Shown: positions 51,601 through 63,420 of the stretch, piece after piece
Layout of the letters: each line of letters starts with the position of its first letter
Position numbering within the stretch: the stretch's first letter is position 1
Source: Macrostomum lignano
Lineage: Eukaryota
Direction of reading: 5' to 3'
Assembly (NCBI GenBank): GCA_002269645.1
Contig: NIVC01000947.1
Location: forward strand, 124,001-188,000
Length of the DNA: 64,000 nt
Notes under the pieces: generated by a model
What the model was told of the DNA's origin: nothing
The model's database searches: none
The model's input: only the letters and a program-made list of their open reading frames with translations
Made by a program: the position numbers and the translations under genes

Positions 51601-54600
51601 AGCCGTAGCAGCATGGCTGTTGGCCTTCGCAGCAGCAGCAGCAGCAGCTAGGTCCTTCCGGACTTGGAATGTCGCCATGTCGCTGCCCTTAGTTATGTAC
51701 TTGACGACGTACTTTATCGCCTTGACTGTCGCGCAGATCTCGACGTTCAGGTGACACCTAAACTCGCGCAGCAGCGCAGGGCAGTACGGCACTACCCAGC
51801 GGTTGTCAAAGTTGAAATTCGCCTTGTGACCTTCGCGCAGCTTTGCCACCTTCGTCACCGAGAAGCCGCCCATCTCGGTTGATCTGCGACGATAGTGCGG
51901 GTAGCCGTCCTCCTGAATCATGGTGACTGCCTGGAACTCTCTCGGATAGCGCTTGCTGCATGCGCCATTCTCCATGCACGATGCGGCTGGATTCAGCTGC
52001 ATTCCACAGGGACCATGCAGGAGATTCTCAGCGACCAGCTTGTGCAGGTCCGCGTCGGCAACGGGATCCGGGAGTTCTGCACTGATGATGGCGTCATACT
52101 GATCCGGCTTCAGCTTGACAGCCAACCAAAGCAGTGCGTGCACGTGGGGAAGACCTATTTGGAGTAGGATTTGGTTCATAACTTAAAAGTTTGTTTAATC
52201 CAGACATGATCAGCAAATATAACTAACATTTAATTGTCTCCAGGAATAGCGTTTTAACAATCTTGTTAGTACGGATATTAATTATGCAATAAATATTGGC
52301 ATGATAGTAGTTACCTCGCTTCTGGTACTCGAGAGCGCAGACTCGAGCCAGCGTGTCCCCAAACAGACTCTTGAGCCTGTCGAGGAAGGCCTTCTTCTTC
52401 AGCTCGAACACCCGGGCGGTGATGTCCGGCCGATCCACGGCAGTTTGGCCAGGCAGCAGCTCAGCAAGGATCTCAGGCCACTTCGGGTTACACGTCATCG
52501 TCAGGAACAGGTCTGGGCGGCCGAAGGCGTGCACATACGCCATGGCATCCTGCTGACGTTCCAGACGGTACCGAGGGCCACCAACGTAGCTAGACGTCAG
52601 GATGACGTGGTTCCCGATGTCGATCCCCATTGGGTCGATCTCACTCGGGTCCCCGTCATTCGCGTGGAGGGCGTCTCGCAATCCGCGCAGGCGCTCTGAC
52701 AGCAGATCCTTCTGGTGCAGCCGGATGTAGTTGAGCCTCTCTGACTCAATCTTGGCAGCCTGGTCGACCAGATACTGCTGGAACAGCCGGCCTCCATAGT
52801 GCAGGCTGTTGAACTGGCCTGGGCGCACCTGGATCATGAAGGCGTAATACTTCATGATAGTGATGCCACGATCCTGCTTGAGTCCGATGCTCCAGCCGTC
52901 CTTACCAAATGGGAACAGCAGGACGTACTCCAAGGGATCGTAGGAGCGGTGGGTGTCCCAGATGGTCTGGAGGCCTGTGAATAGAAAATGATCGATGGGC
53001 GAATTCGTCTTTTCTTAATGAAAATACAGCAATTACTACATCTGAACTACATGAACTGAATTAAACCTGAATATGCGAATTCACACAAAAGCAAGCGATA
53101 AAAATTTGCTTCAATATTTAAGGGATACATGTGGCATTAGCGATATATAATTGTACATCTGATTCTCATATAAAGAAGCGGAAAAGTCAGTCTCTTGGAA
53201 AATGATTTGATGCTTGTATTAACAAAAAAAAATAAGTTTAAAATACATTTCGGGATGCAGAACTCACCACCGCCCCTCAGACGCAAAATAACGTCCCGCC
53301 GTCGCGTCTGGGCTGCGCCTTCGGTATCGTCAAGGTCCGTCAGGATGCCGACTTCACTGCACTCGGGCAAATTGAAGCGTCTGGCATGCTCCCCTGATGG
53401 ACGGGCATCAGGGTTGATGACGACCTTGGCGCTTTGCAGCTGAGGGTCGTTGCGGAGCACGTCAACGGCGGACTTGAGGCTGCGCACGTAGCCGTTGCAC
53501 GCATGCAGCATGGCTTGCAGCTCTTCCAGCACACGACCATTCAGTCCGGTGGCCCACTGCAGCCGAGTTTGCAGCTCCTGGTCCACAAAAAAGACCTGGC
53601 AGAACCTGGCCTCATCCCCCGGATCCGGCAACAGGCTGCCGATCCGATGGTGCATCTGACCATGGAGGATGAAGCTCGGGTTCCAGCCGGGCTGCTCATG
53701 CTGCTTGGCACCCAGCGACGTCATGTGGAGCGCGCCATTGTACTTCCTTATGTCCTTCAGGAACTGCGAGCTGTCCGGGTGCTGGCCAGTCAGAAGCCGC
53801 TTCAGGACATCAGGGGGGTCACGGCGGGGCTCCAGGACGGTCTGAGTTGAATTAAAGTAAAAATTGAAGTTGAAAAGTTGAATTTATCACTTTATGGCAG
53901 TGGCTTGTTTGTGAACCCAACTTTCGATTACGTGTAGCATTTAGTGTATCGCCTTTAGCTTCTTAGATTTCAAAGAAATATTAGATTTCTTAGCTTTATG
54001 TGAAGTCGGGCTGTACCGGGTTTTATACAGTAAAATTAATTTTATACAAAGATCGGCATAAAAAGGCATCAATGAGGCACCAATTCGAGTACACTAAATA
54101 AAAAATGTCAACTCACCTTTCCAGCACGGCAGCAAATGCTAGCTGGCTCGTCCTTCCAGCGTAGCGCGCTGCAGTGCGGACATTGGCGGTCCATGCGACC
54201 GAGCACATGCGGCTGGTGTGCCAGCTCCAGCAGCCTGTGGCAATGAAAGAAAGAGCATTTTAATCATGGCTCCTTCTTGAAAATCCAGATCTACATTCAG
54301 AAAGTTTAATAGTCTCAGATAATGAGCAACCGCACATAAGGTGACCAGACATTTCGTCAAATATACCTTTTCGTTAAATAGTCAGTTTGTCATTTCGTCA
54401 AATAGTGTGGTAAATAGAAGTGTGCATGGAAAAGAAGTATAACGCTTGTTTAAAGGAAACTGTTTCTAAGAAAAACATATTTTAATTTAAAAAAACTTCT
54501 TTTCGAAGCAAATCCATTCTATCTTAGAAACCCATCGCTTAAAGCAAATCCGTTATTTCTTAGAAACCTTTCTTAGAATTATCTTAACTTAGCAGGAAAT

Positions 54601-55204
54601 TATGACTTACTTAGAAAACTATTTTAACTTAAGTTTAAAATAAAAAAGGGCTCTATTTTATCAATCGATTGACGAAATGACCAAATGACTGTTTGAATAG
54701 CGAAATAAAATATAAGAACCCCTTATACCTGTCTCGGCGCCAATCTGCCTGTGCGTGTAGACGGCCTTCGCGGTCGTCAGCAGACTCAGCTGCGCGATGC
54801 GCACTCTGGCGCTGCCGCTGCGCCTCCAAGCGACGCAGATGGACCGCCTCGTCCTCCGCTTTACGGCATTCAGCTGTGCGCAGTCGATCCGCCTCAAGGC
54901 GATGCTGGCGATCAACTTCGCCTTCAGCCTCACGGCATTCGGCTGTGCGCAGTCGATCCGCCTCAAGGCGATGCTGGCGCTCAACTTCGCCTTCAGTCTC
55001 ACGGCATTCGGCTGTGCGCAGTCGAGTCGCCTCAAGGCGATGCTGGCGCTCAACTTCGCCTTCAGCCTCACGGCATTCGGCTGTACGCAGTCGAGTCGCC
55101 TCAAGGCGATGCTGGCGCTCGTCGGGTGTCTCCGACGCCCTGCGCTTCTTGGCTGCCGATGCAGCGCGCGTTGAACGGGAAATATTTCCGCGTTTCGGTG
55201 GCAT
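48633..55204 (-). CDS. Helitron Rep-helicase, 9 exons (55204-54729, 54234-54117, 53841-53268, 52974-52315, 52154-51301, 51201-50599, 50504-50203, 49973-49586, 49403-48633), 1581 aa, intact; element ends not resolved
   Basis: Eight GT-AG introns all phase-compatible (4746 nt). CPHC...CC finger; Rep motifs FLTMTCNPKW, EYQKRGLPHVH, YVVKYITKG; PIF1 motifs GGTGKT, DEAPM, GDFRQL, TIHRSQGQT, GQLYVALSR. Confidence 0.94.
54790..55130 (-). repeat. 69-bp (23-aa) coding tandem repeats at the RepHel N-terminus (STPR-like)
   Basis: ERQHRLEA(T/D)RLRTAECRE(A/T)EGEV repeated 4-5 times. Confidence 0.85.
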
Positions 55205-55556
55205 TTAAGGAAATAGTAAATAGAAAAGGAAAAAAGAGCAAAAATATGCAAATAGCAAAATCAGCAAATCAGATTTGAGAAATCTGTTATATGAAAAGAA
55301 AAAAACCTGAATAGAAAATTCGCCTCTTTAAGAAGCGCCCATAGTGTACACGATTTTTCGTCAGTAAAATAATCAATAAAAAAGAGCCTCAAGAGCCCAC
55401 CAGTCTGTCCGCTCAGCCAATGCAAGGGGCTGACTAAACGCGCCGATAATAAAACCAATTGAATCTCGACACAGTATATCTGTTTACACAGTACAACTGC
55501 TATGTACACTCAGCCCAAGCCCAACCCCCCAGTCTGGGTGAATCATTAAATTGAAC

Positions 55557-55742
55557 TTAACCCCCCAACACGCGGGGGGTTTTATTTGCATTGAACCCAG
55601 AACACGCGCACCCACCACCCCTCAATACACAGCGGCCCGCGGGCGGAGGTTGGGGTGGCTATTTTTTCAAACTGGCTGCAGGTCCAGGCAGAGTGGCCAA
55701 AGAAGGTTATTGGGGGTTAAAAAAGCAGTTTTCTGCTTTTTT
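55557..55742. mobile_element. Possible HINE/DINE-like (Helentron-type) short element
   Basis: TTAACCCCCCAA forming a hairpin with adjacent GGGGGGTT; inverted TTGGGGGTTAA (55710-55720) followed by perfect stem AAAAAAGCAG-TTTT-CTGCTTTTTT. Confidence 0.45.
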
Positions 55743-56090
55743 AGGGATGTTAAAATGTGAAAATTAAAAATTAAAATAGCCTAAAGCCTGCTCCGGAAAA
55801 TTTGCAGTTTTCCCATATAAGTTTCGACGCTGACTTGGCAGAATTGTAGGAGTTCACTTAATGCATACATATAGACAGACAAACATCGCGTCAGTTTTAG
55901 TATTAGGAAGCAAGCAATACCAAAACTGTTGTATTTACAAATTTTAATAATACTGCCCTGGTTAATCATGATCAGGAAAAAAGTTTTATTTAAAAAAACC
56001 CTATTTGAATAAGGTATCATTTAAGTCATTATAATATAGTCATTATTTATTAAGTTATATTTTAATGAACACTAAGTCCTATAATATAAT

Positions 56091-59000
56091 TAGGGGTCGG
56101 ACGTGATCACGATCGTGATCACGATTTTGTGAATTCACGACCATTTTTTTCACGATTGTGATTTCTTTGAAACCCATTGATGAGGTCGTGAATTTTTGCT
56201 TACTTGTTTATATAAGTTATAACTTTTCTACTTGACTTACTGAAATAAAAACGTCAACACAAATGTGTAAAGCAGTACTATATTTAAATTTTGTTGACTT
56301 GACAAGTTGACAGTATTATCTGTTCTCTAATATGTAATGGTTTCTTTTCTTGTTTTGTTATTTTCTACACTTGTAACTTACAGCTACAAGCTCGTAATAC
56401 ATGTACATGGTAAATGAAGGAGAAAGAAAAGATGATGTTGACAATTTTCATGCTTGTAGTAGTACAGTGTTGTGTACTTTATTATTGGCAAACTTCAGAC
56501 AGGTGTTAATAATCGTGTACTGTAGTGATACATACTGTGTTGGGCACCAGTCCGTTAAAAAGCGTTAATCCATTAATAAGCGTTAATAAGCATTAAGATT
56601 TTTCATTAACGTTAACGGACTGTCGTTAAGATTTTTTTGAACTAACGGATTAACAAATGTGCATTAAAAATTTTGTGAATTAACAATAAATTCATTGTTA
56701 ACGGTAGTGTCTATGTCAATGACCAAAGACGCAAAGAAGGAACGAAAAATAGATGTCTTACAAGAAGTTTAAACATTACGAACGTATTTGAGCTTACCTA
56801 TATGCCTAAATATAATCTCTTTATTTATGAGGATGATCATACAGACATACATGTAATTAACAACTTCTTACAAATAAACTTTAAAATTATGAATTAAAAT
56901 AGTGTGAAACTTTATTTCTTGCGCGTGAGCATCGATCGCTTTGATTCACTTCTGTCCCTATCTTTCGCAACTTTCTGCTGTGCCTGCTAATGGTACTGAA
57001 AGAACCTTCATATGCATATTTAATTATGAATTTCTCGCTATTAGCTTTTAAGTTTCAAATAAAATAAGTTACTTTTTTACCATATGCTTTACTTTTAGTA
57101 GTATTATGTATGCAAGTTTTTAAAATGATTATTTATTACTTTTTTTAGCTTTCAAATTGCTTAGATGACCTCTGTGTTTCGCTAAAAAGATGGAATAGCA
57201 AAGACGTGCAATACAAAGTCTGATTTGGAAAAAACGTGCAAGATTTCCGTATTTTCTGTGTTAACTTTAATGGATTAACGCTTATTAAAGATTATCAGTT
57301 AACTCTCAGTTAACTTAACGAAATTAGGAGTTAAAAAGTTAAGATTTTTTGTTTTTTTTTTAAGATTGTTAAACGCTTTTGCTATTAACGGAAGTTAAGA
57401 TTTTCATTAACGGTGCCCAACACTGGATACATACATATACATGTATGACATTAAAAGAATGAAAAAATAGAACATACTCAAGCGTACAGAAATTGCTTAT
57501 GAAACACAATACGTGACAAACTGACAATACCATAGTAGTCGAACTGATTAATCATACATTCAGAATCAAATAGTTTCTCTATTCATGATCAGTTGTTTCA
57601 TTTCATATTAATTATTATGATTATTCATACCATCAGTTGGCCTCCATACAATTGAATCCAATTGATGTGGCCTTATGTTGGACAGGCTAAAAGCAATTTA
57701 CGAGAAGCTAATCTTCCGAGCATTAATGTTTATAAAAACTAGTTTGTCAATTGTATCTCCAAGTAGACGGTGGCGCTTGGGCTCAAAGATGTTTCCAACA
57801 CTGCTAAAGGCACGCTCACTTGGAATACTAGTAGGTGGTAGTGCAAGAAACTTTCGAACCAGAGCTGACATGGCAGCCAATGGAACTCGGTCTTTCCAGA
57901 ATTGAATTGGCTCTGCATCAAACGGAAGTTGAGGCTCTGAGAGGTAGGTCTCGATTTCTTCTGCAAGCTTGCTGATTGCACCTATGTCCCTGTTGGGAAT
58001 AGGCAGCTGCACTCTAGGCAGCACAGGCATCGATGCAGCAGTACAAGCAGCAGCTTTCTCAAACAGGGCTGACATGGAAAGATTCTGAGGCTCAGCTTGC
58101 CTGAAAGCTGAAAAGCAACATTTTTGCATCATGTGAAAATGTGCATGTAATTCTCTAAAATATTGTGGATAGATAGATATATTTTGTGTAGAGCTTTGCC
58201 TTGCTTTTAGTAGACCTACATGTATGAAATATGAGTACGAGACTATGAGTACAAAGTTACAAACATGCTTTTATGTTTGTTGAATGTAGCTAATTATACA
58301 TGTAATAAGGCAAACAAGCAATTAAGTATATGCTTGTACTCACATCTCAGTCTCAGCAGATATGTTAGACAAACCATCTAATGCTTCAGATTCGAATGCT
58401 TCAGCAGTACCATCAGAATCAGAACTTAGAGCCTCGGTGATGGCTTTGGCAAGCTCAGTTTTTGCATTGTCAAGCTGCTCTTCAATGAAAAAATGAAGCT
58501 TGAAGCGTGGGTCCAAAATGGTGGCAATGACATGCTTGTGGCTTGTTTTTTCATCGGAAAAACGTGTAGTCAAGCCATTTATCAAATCATCACGAAGGTA
58601 GCTAATTCTGAAGCAGTCAACTTGCTGAATATGATCAAGTGAGACGTGAACCAGTGGCAGAACAGAAGAGATGCTTGCTGTCTCTGCTGAGCTCCATCGT
58701 AAAAAGCTCAAATATTTCTAGAAGCTTGACAGACTTCTTGGAAATGCTGAGCTCATTGTCAGTTAGTGTTCCGATTGCCCTGTATCTAGAGTGGTAGACA
58801 CTGAGGGCTTCCTCTTGCTCAATGACTCTTCTCAACATTGACAATGTTGAGTTCCACCGAGTCTCTACATCCTGAATGAGGCTATGCGTAGGTAGCTGCA
58901 GCTGCTCTTGCAGTGTGCGAAGATTAGCCTGTGCTGTAACGGAATGGTGAAAATGTCCAGCAATGCCACGTGCTTTATTAAGTATGTTCTTCAGTCCTTG

Positions 59001-60744
59001 ATGGCTAGAGGTGGTACTCTTTACAACTAGGTGCAACTTGTGTGCAGCACAATGGGCTGAAGAAACTTGAAGAAGCTCGCCAGCAACCCTCATGTTGCTG
59101 GCCCCATCACGCAGGAGAAGGTGGACTCTGCTTAAGTCTATTCCCCAATCACTTAGCGTGGTGGAAAATATAGCGGAAATGTTTAGCCCAGTGTGGGCAT
59201 CATTGAATAGCTTGACATTAAGCAGAAATTGCTTCCGTTGAAAATCTTCTGTGATGGAGTGGATAGTGAATGACATAAGAGCCGAAGGCCCTTCACTCCA
59301 CAAGTCGCAGGTAACTGCCAAGCTTTGGCATTTGTCCACTTCAGCTTGGACACCTCCCTTCACTTCTTCATAGAGGGAATCAAGAAGATTGTGATAAAAA
59401 CAAGTGCTTTTAATGCGATACTGTGGACAAGCTTCCTGCAAAAATTGACAAAAGCCATCACCTTTAACCACAGAGAATGGCCGAGAATCAAGAGCAATAA
59501 ATTTAATTATGCTTCTGTCAATTGCAATGGAGCAAGGATGTGAATCCTTCCATACTTCAGTTTGTGCCTTTGCAAAAAATGTGCTTAGTTTTTGTTGCTT
59601 AAGTGGTGGACCAGCACTTGTAGCATTGTTCTTGCTCTTAAGCTTCTCATGCTCTGCATCAATCTTCTGCATTTCTTTAAATTTGCTGGGATGAAATGAC
59701 TCTAGATGGCGGCGCATACTACCAGTTGAACCAGTGTTTCGCAGCACTTGCTTCCCACAGGTTAGGCATGCAGCAGCATTTTCTCTTCCATCAACTTCAC
59801 GAAAGAAAGACCAAACAGTACTTCCTCGTGTTTGCTTTTGTTGAAAAGATGCCATAGCTGAAATGTTTTACAATTTAACTTTTTCTATTACTTTCTTTCT
59901 ATATTAAAAAGAATTCATGTAGTACATAAGTCATATATAAAATAATTATGTATTACAATTACAAATACAAAATACAAATTATAGAATACTATACAAGTGC
60001 TTAATAATTAATATATATAATGAAAAAAATTGTAGTCTACTATGAAATCTTTATATAATTAAATATACTTACCAAGTACCAACCTTCTAGCAGTATTTCT
60101 GTTAAGAAATCTACAAGTAATTAATAACCTATAAAAAATAAAAATTATATATTAGCAGTTTTTTAAAATAAAAAATATTTTTAAAAATGCATTTACTTAG
60201 TTTAGATTCTTTAGAATAGGCCTATATCTATATAAAGTCTATCCACATATACTGAATATTTATTTATATGAATATATAATATTTTAATAGATTCAAGGTT
60301 CAAAACAGATTCAATCAAAATTCTATATTTATATCCAAATATACTAAATCTCTAATATTTGTTTGAATGCTTGCTTGCATACTTTAACATCAATTCTTTG
60401 GTAGAAATACCTACAATAGCTAGATAGACAAGGTAACTACAATATAAAGTTTATAAACAACTTTAGCACATCTAAATGCTAATTTTTAACTTGTATTATA
60501 TTTATAAATAAATATAAAACATAAATTAGGAAACATAAATATATTATATAACTAATATTTATTAATATTATATATCATTGAAATTGTAACACAGTATCCA
60601 TTTTGGCATGAATTTGGTAGGAATATAATTTATATTTTGTATAACTAAAAATATAATATAAATTCACGATCACGATCACGCCCAACTCTGAAAATTTCAC
60701 GAAATTTCACGCCCTACCAAAATTTTTTGCTCGTCCGACCTCTA
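56091..60744 (-). mobile_element. Full-length hAT (BED-finger, Ac/ZBED-like) DNA transposon, 4654 bp
   Basis: TIR TAGGGGTCGGACG / CGTCCGACCTCTA (1 mismatch); 8-bp TSD AATATAAT (56083-56090, 60745-60752); subterminal (GA/T)TCACG repeats at both ends. Confidence 0.93.
57698..59855 (-). pseudogene. hAT transposase (exons 59855-58344 and 58100-57698) with one frameshift near 58690
   Basis: BED finger (VWSFF..CLTC..HLESFH), TCDLWS, RDGASNM, CAAH, ETRWNS, LDPRFK, FW...PTSIPSERAFS dimerisation domain; spliced length 1915 nt is not a multiple of 3. Confidence 0.88.
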
Positions 60745-61108
60745 AATATAATGAACATAGCCTATAGGTGCAGAAGGTGAAAAGCATAGGTTTATTTTGT
60801 GAAAATTGGGTTCAAATTGCAAGTTTCAACTGCTTTTTGCTATTTGCAACAGTTTTTTGGTTGGAGTTACAAATGTTGCAATCAGAAATTTGACAGGATC
60901 CGTTTCAAAACCATGATACACCACCGCCAAGATTGACAAATTTAAAACAAACAAAATCAAAATGGAGAACTTAATTTTATATTCGGTAGTTGCAGTATAG
61001 CATGGAATAGTAATGCAATGGACCACTTCGACCAGAGGTAGATAACATGATTTGGATAGATACGAAAAACTCAAATATAACCATAATCGATATTGATAAT
61101 GCTGACCT

Positions 61109-61354
61109 ATGCCTTTTTACTTTAACAAGGTAGATAGATTAAAAGTAACAATTCAACAAAGTGTGGGTTTTGATATTCCGGCTTTAGTATTTGCTCCATC
61201 AGGTTTCTATTATGTCGATGGTGAAATTAAGGAATACAAACATATAAAGTGCGATGCAATTATACACATGCCAGATGTAATTCTTGAGGAGATAAATAGA
61301 TTAATTAAGCCACAGGATAAAAAAGAAAAAAAAGAAAAAATAAACAAGCACTAA
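61109..61354 (+). CDS. Orphan 81-aa ORF with a basic tail
   Basis: ATG-started, protein-like composition; no recognisable family. Confidence 0.35.
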   Translation: MPFYFNKVDRLKVTIQQSVGFDIPALVFAPSGFYYVDGEIKEYKHIKCDAIIHMPDVILEEINRLIKPQDKKEKKEKINKH

Positions 61355-61449
61355 AAAGCACCATTCCACCACCCGGTTCCACCACCCGGATCGTAATGGC
61401 CGGTGTTGCCCGTTTGCAACAGCCACATTTTAAGAGCTTTTGTGCTCTT

Positions 61450-61944
61450 TCAGAAGCTTCTTGGGCTGGCTCCTGGCCGCTCTTCAACTTCAGCAGGGTC
61501 TGGTGGCTGCGGTATGTCGGCCTGGAAAAAGATAGCCACGTCGATCGGAGCTTCATCAGCCGCCGGCTTCGGCTCCTGCACTTCTTCAGGTTGCAATTTC
61601 GGCACTGGAGTGTCGTCCTTCGTAATGAGCTCTTCCTCCTCCTCAAGCTCCGGGAATTCTATCCCCAGTAGGGCTGTCATAAATTCTTCCTGCTCTCGTT
61701 TCAACTCTTCTTCACGCAATCTTGTTGCCTCCTCCAGGTCTACCTCTTCTAAATCAATAGTCAACCTTCCAGCCTCCTCATTTCCGTTTGGTTCTTCTCG
61801 TTGTTGAACTTTCGTAGGCTCCTTAGCCGATTCTTTTGCTTGTACAGAACGTATTCGCGGCGGCTCATTCTTATCGGGACTGCTCCTTCTTTTCCCCGAA
61901 TAAATTGTCTTTACTGGGTATACCCGTTCTGGGGCGTCCGCCAT
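61450..61944 (-). CDS. Orphan 164-aa acidic, largely disordered ORF
   Basis: ATG-started, E/P/K-rich coding bias; may continue by frameshift into 61305..61450. Confidence 0.5.
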   Translation of the reverse strand: MADAPERVYPVKTIYSGKRRSSPDKNEPPRIRSVQAKESAKEPTKVQQREEPNGNEEAGRLTIDLEEVDLEEATRLREEELKREQEEFMTALLGIEFPELEEEEELITKDDTPVPKLQPEEVQEPKPAADEAPIDVAIFFQADIPQPPDPAEVEERPGASPRSF

Positions 61945-62757
61945 AACGCTATTCGAGCTGGAAGAGCAGATAGGGGTTAAACAACTCCTTCACTCTCTGT
62001 ACATAGCTCATCTGACCTGGGTTTATGATTAATCTATTAGCTCCCGTCTATCTCGAACTGGTCTAACATCGATGGCTGGCTGTTCATTTATTATTTTGCA
62101 CTAGTAGATTATCTACTTGTACTGGCATAACTTGCACTGGCATAACATGCACTGGCACTGGAACATTATTTTGATTCTGCACTGGCACAAACTGCACTTC
62201 TTCATACTCACTTTCACTGTCGGCTATATGATACATACTCGGAGGATTAAGTAGTACATTTTCTCTAAGTTTCGGTCGCCTGGCACGACTGCTTTCTGGC
62301 TTTTCAGAGTGGTAAATTGTCTTCTACTAAGTTTAAAATGGTACTTTTAGTATTAAAAATACCCTCTCCATTGTACAAGTCTAGTGGCTCACCTATTACA
62401 TACTCTCTTATCTTGCGTGGATCTATTACGTGGCGCATTTTTGTCTATTTTTAGTAACAAAACTGAACACTGAAACACACTAAAGGTCAGACTCCACAGG
62501 TTCATGCTGTGGCTTGTTCGTATCTCTAAAGATTTTAGACTTGTCAGTCTTTGGACACAAAGGTGGTGGCTCCATCACTTTGTCTCAGAAGAACTATCTT
62601 GAAAGAGTTGGCACTTCTCTGTATAAATTTTATGCATTATAAAACATTTGCTAATGGTAAAAGCGGTGGGAACTGTTGTTTTTGAATAATGGCTAAAACA
62701 AATGATAGAAAACAAGTGATTCAGTTATTGTCCGTCATTAAAAATAAATAAAATCAA

Positions 62758-63420
62758 TCAGTTCCGATTAGTAATAGAAACTTTCCGTCTGAAAGTCGCC
62801 GCGTTACAGTCATCGCGTTCTTCGAATTGTGGCGTCAGAGGCGTCCTCAATATAGAGCTAAAGTCTTTGTCTGAGTTGGCAGCAGACTCAATGCTGGTTT
62901 TATACTGCAAAATTGTGTTGTATGCGTACAGCGCGAAACGAAGAGCCAGATAGTCGTTACAAAGTTTTTGGAAAGTTTTCATTCGCGAAAAAGTTGTCAC
63001 TGCACTTAAGAAGACTTTGAATTTCCTGATTGCTCATTCCTTTACTTTTAGAAAGAAAAACGCAATGGCGTCGGCATTTTTGGCACCAATTGCTGCCTTA
63101 ATCTCGTCGACATTTTCTTTGATGGAGCATAGCTCCGCGTATAAGTTAGCAGCAATGTCAGATGGGATTTCAGCCTTTATCAGCTCCTCCAGCTCTCGAT
63201 AAGACGATTAATGAATAGTTAATAGTCTTCACACTAATTGCCTCAGTGCGATGCTTAGAGAGCCATGCTTTCAAGTTGACAATGAATCTCACGGATTGTT
63301 TAGCTTTGCTTCATTTCTTCTTGTTGCTATTAGCTCCTTCGTCATCCTCAATCGTCTTATCGGCTTGATGAACGAGGCTTACTAAAGTATCATAGAAGGA
63401 ACCTCGTTTTTCTTTAGGAA
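62758..63420 (-). pseudogene. Degraded helical-looking ORF split over several frames
   Basis: Segments RGSFYDTLVSLVHQADK.., YRELEELIKAEIPSDIAANLYAELCSIKENVDEIKAAIG.., KLCNDYLALRFALYAYN..; TATA-like run near 63795 upstream. Confidence 0.35.
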
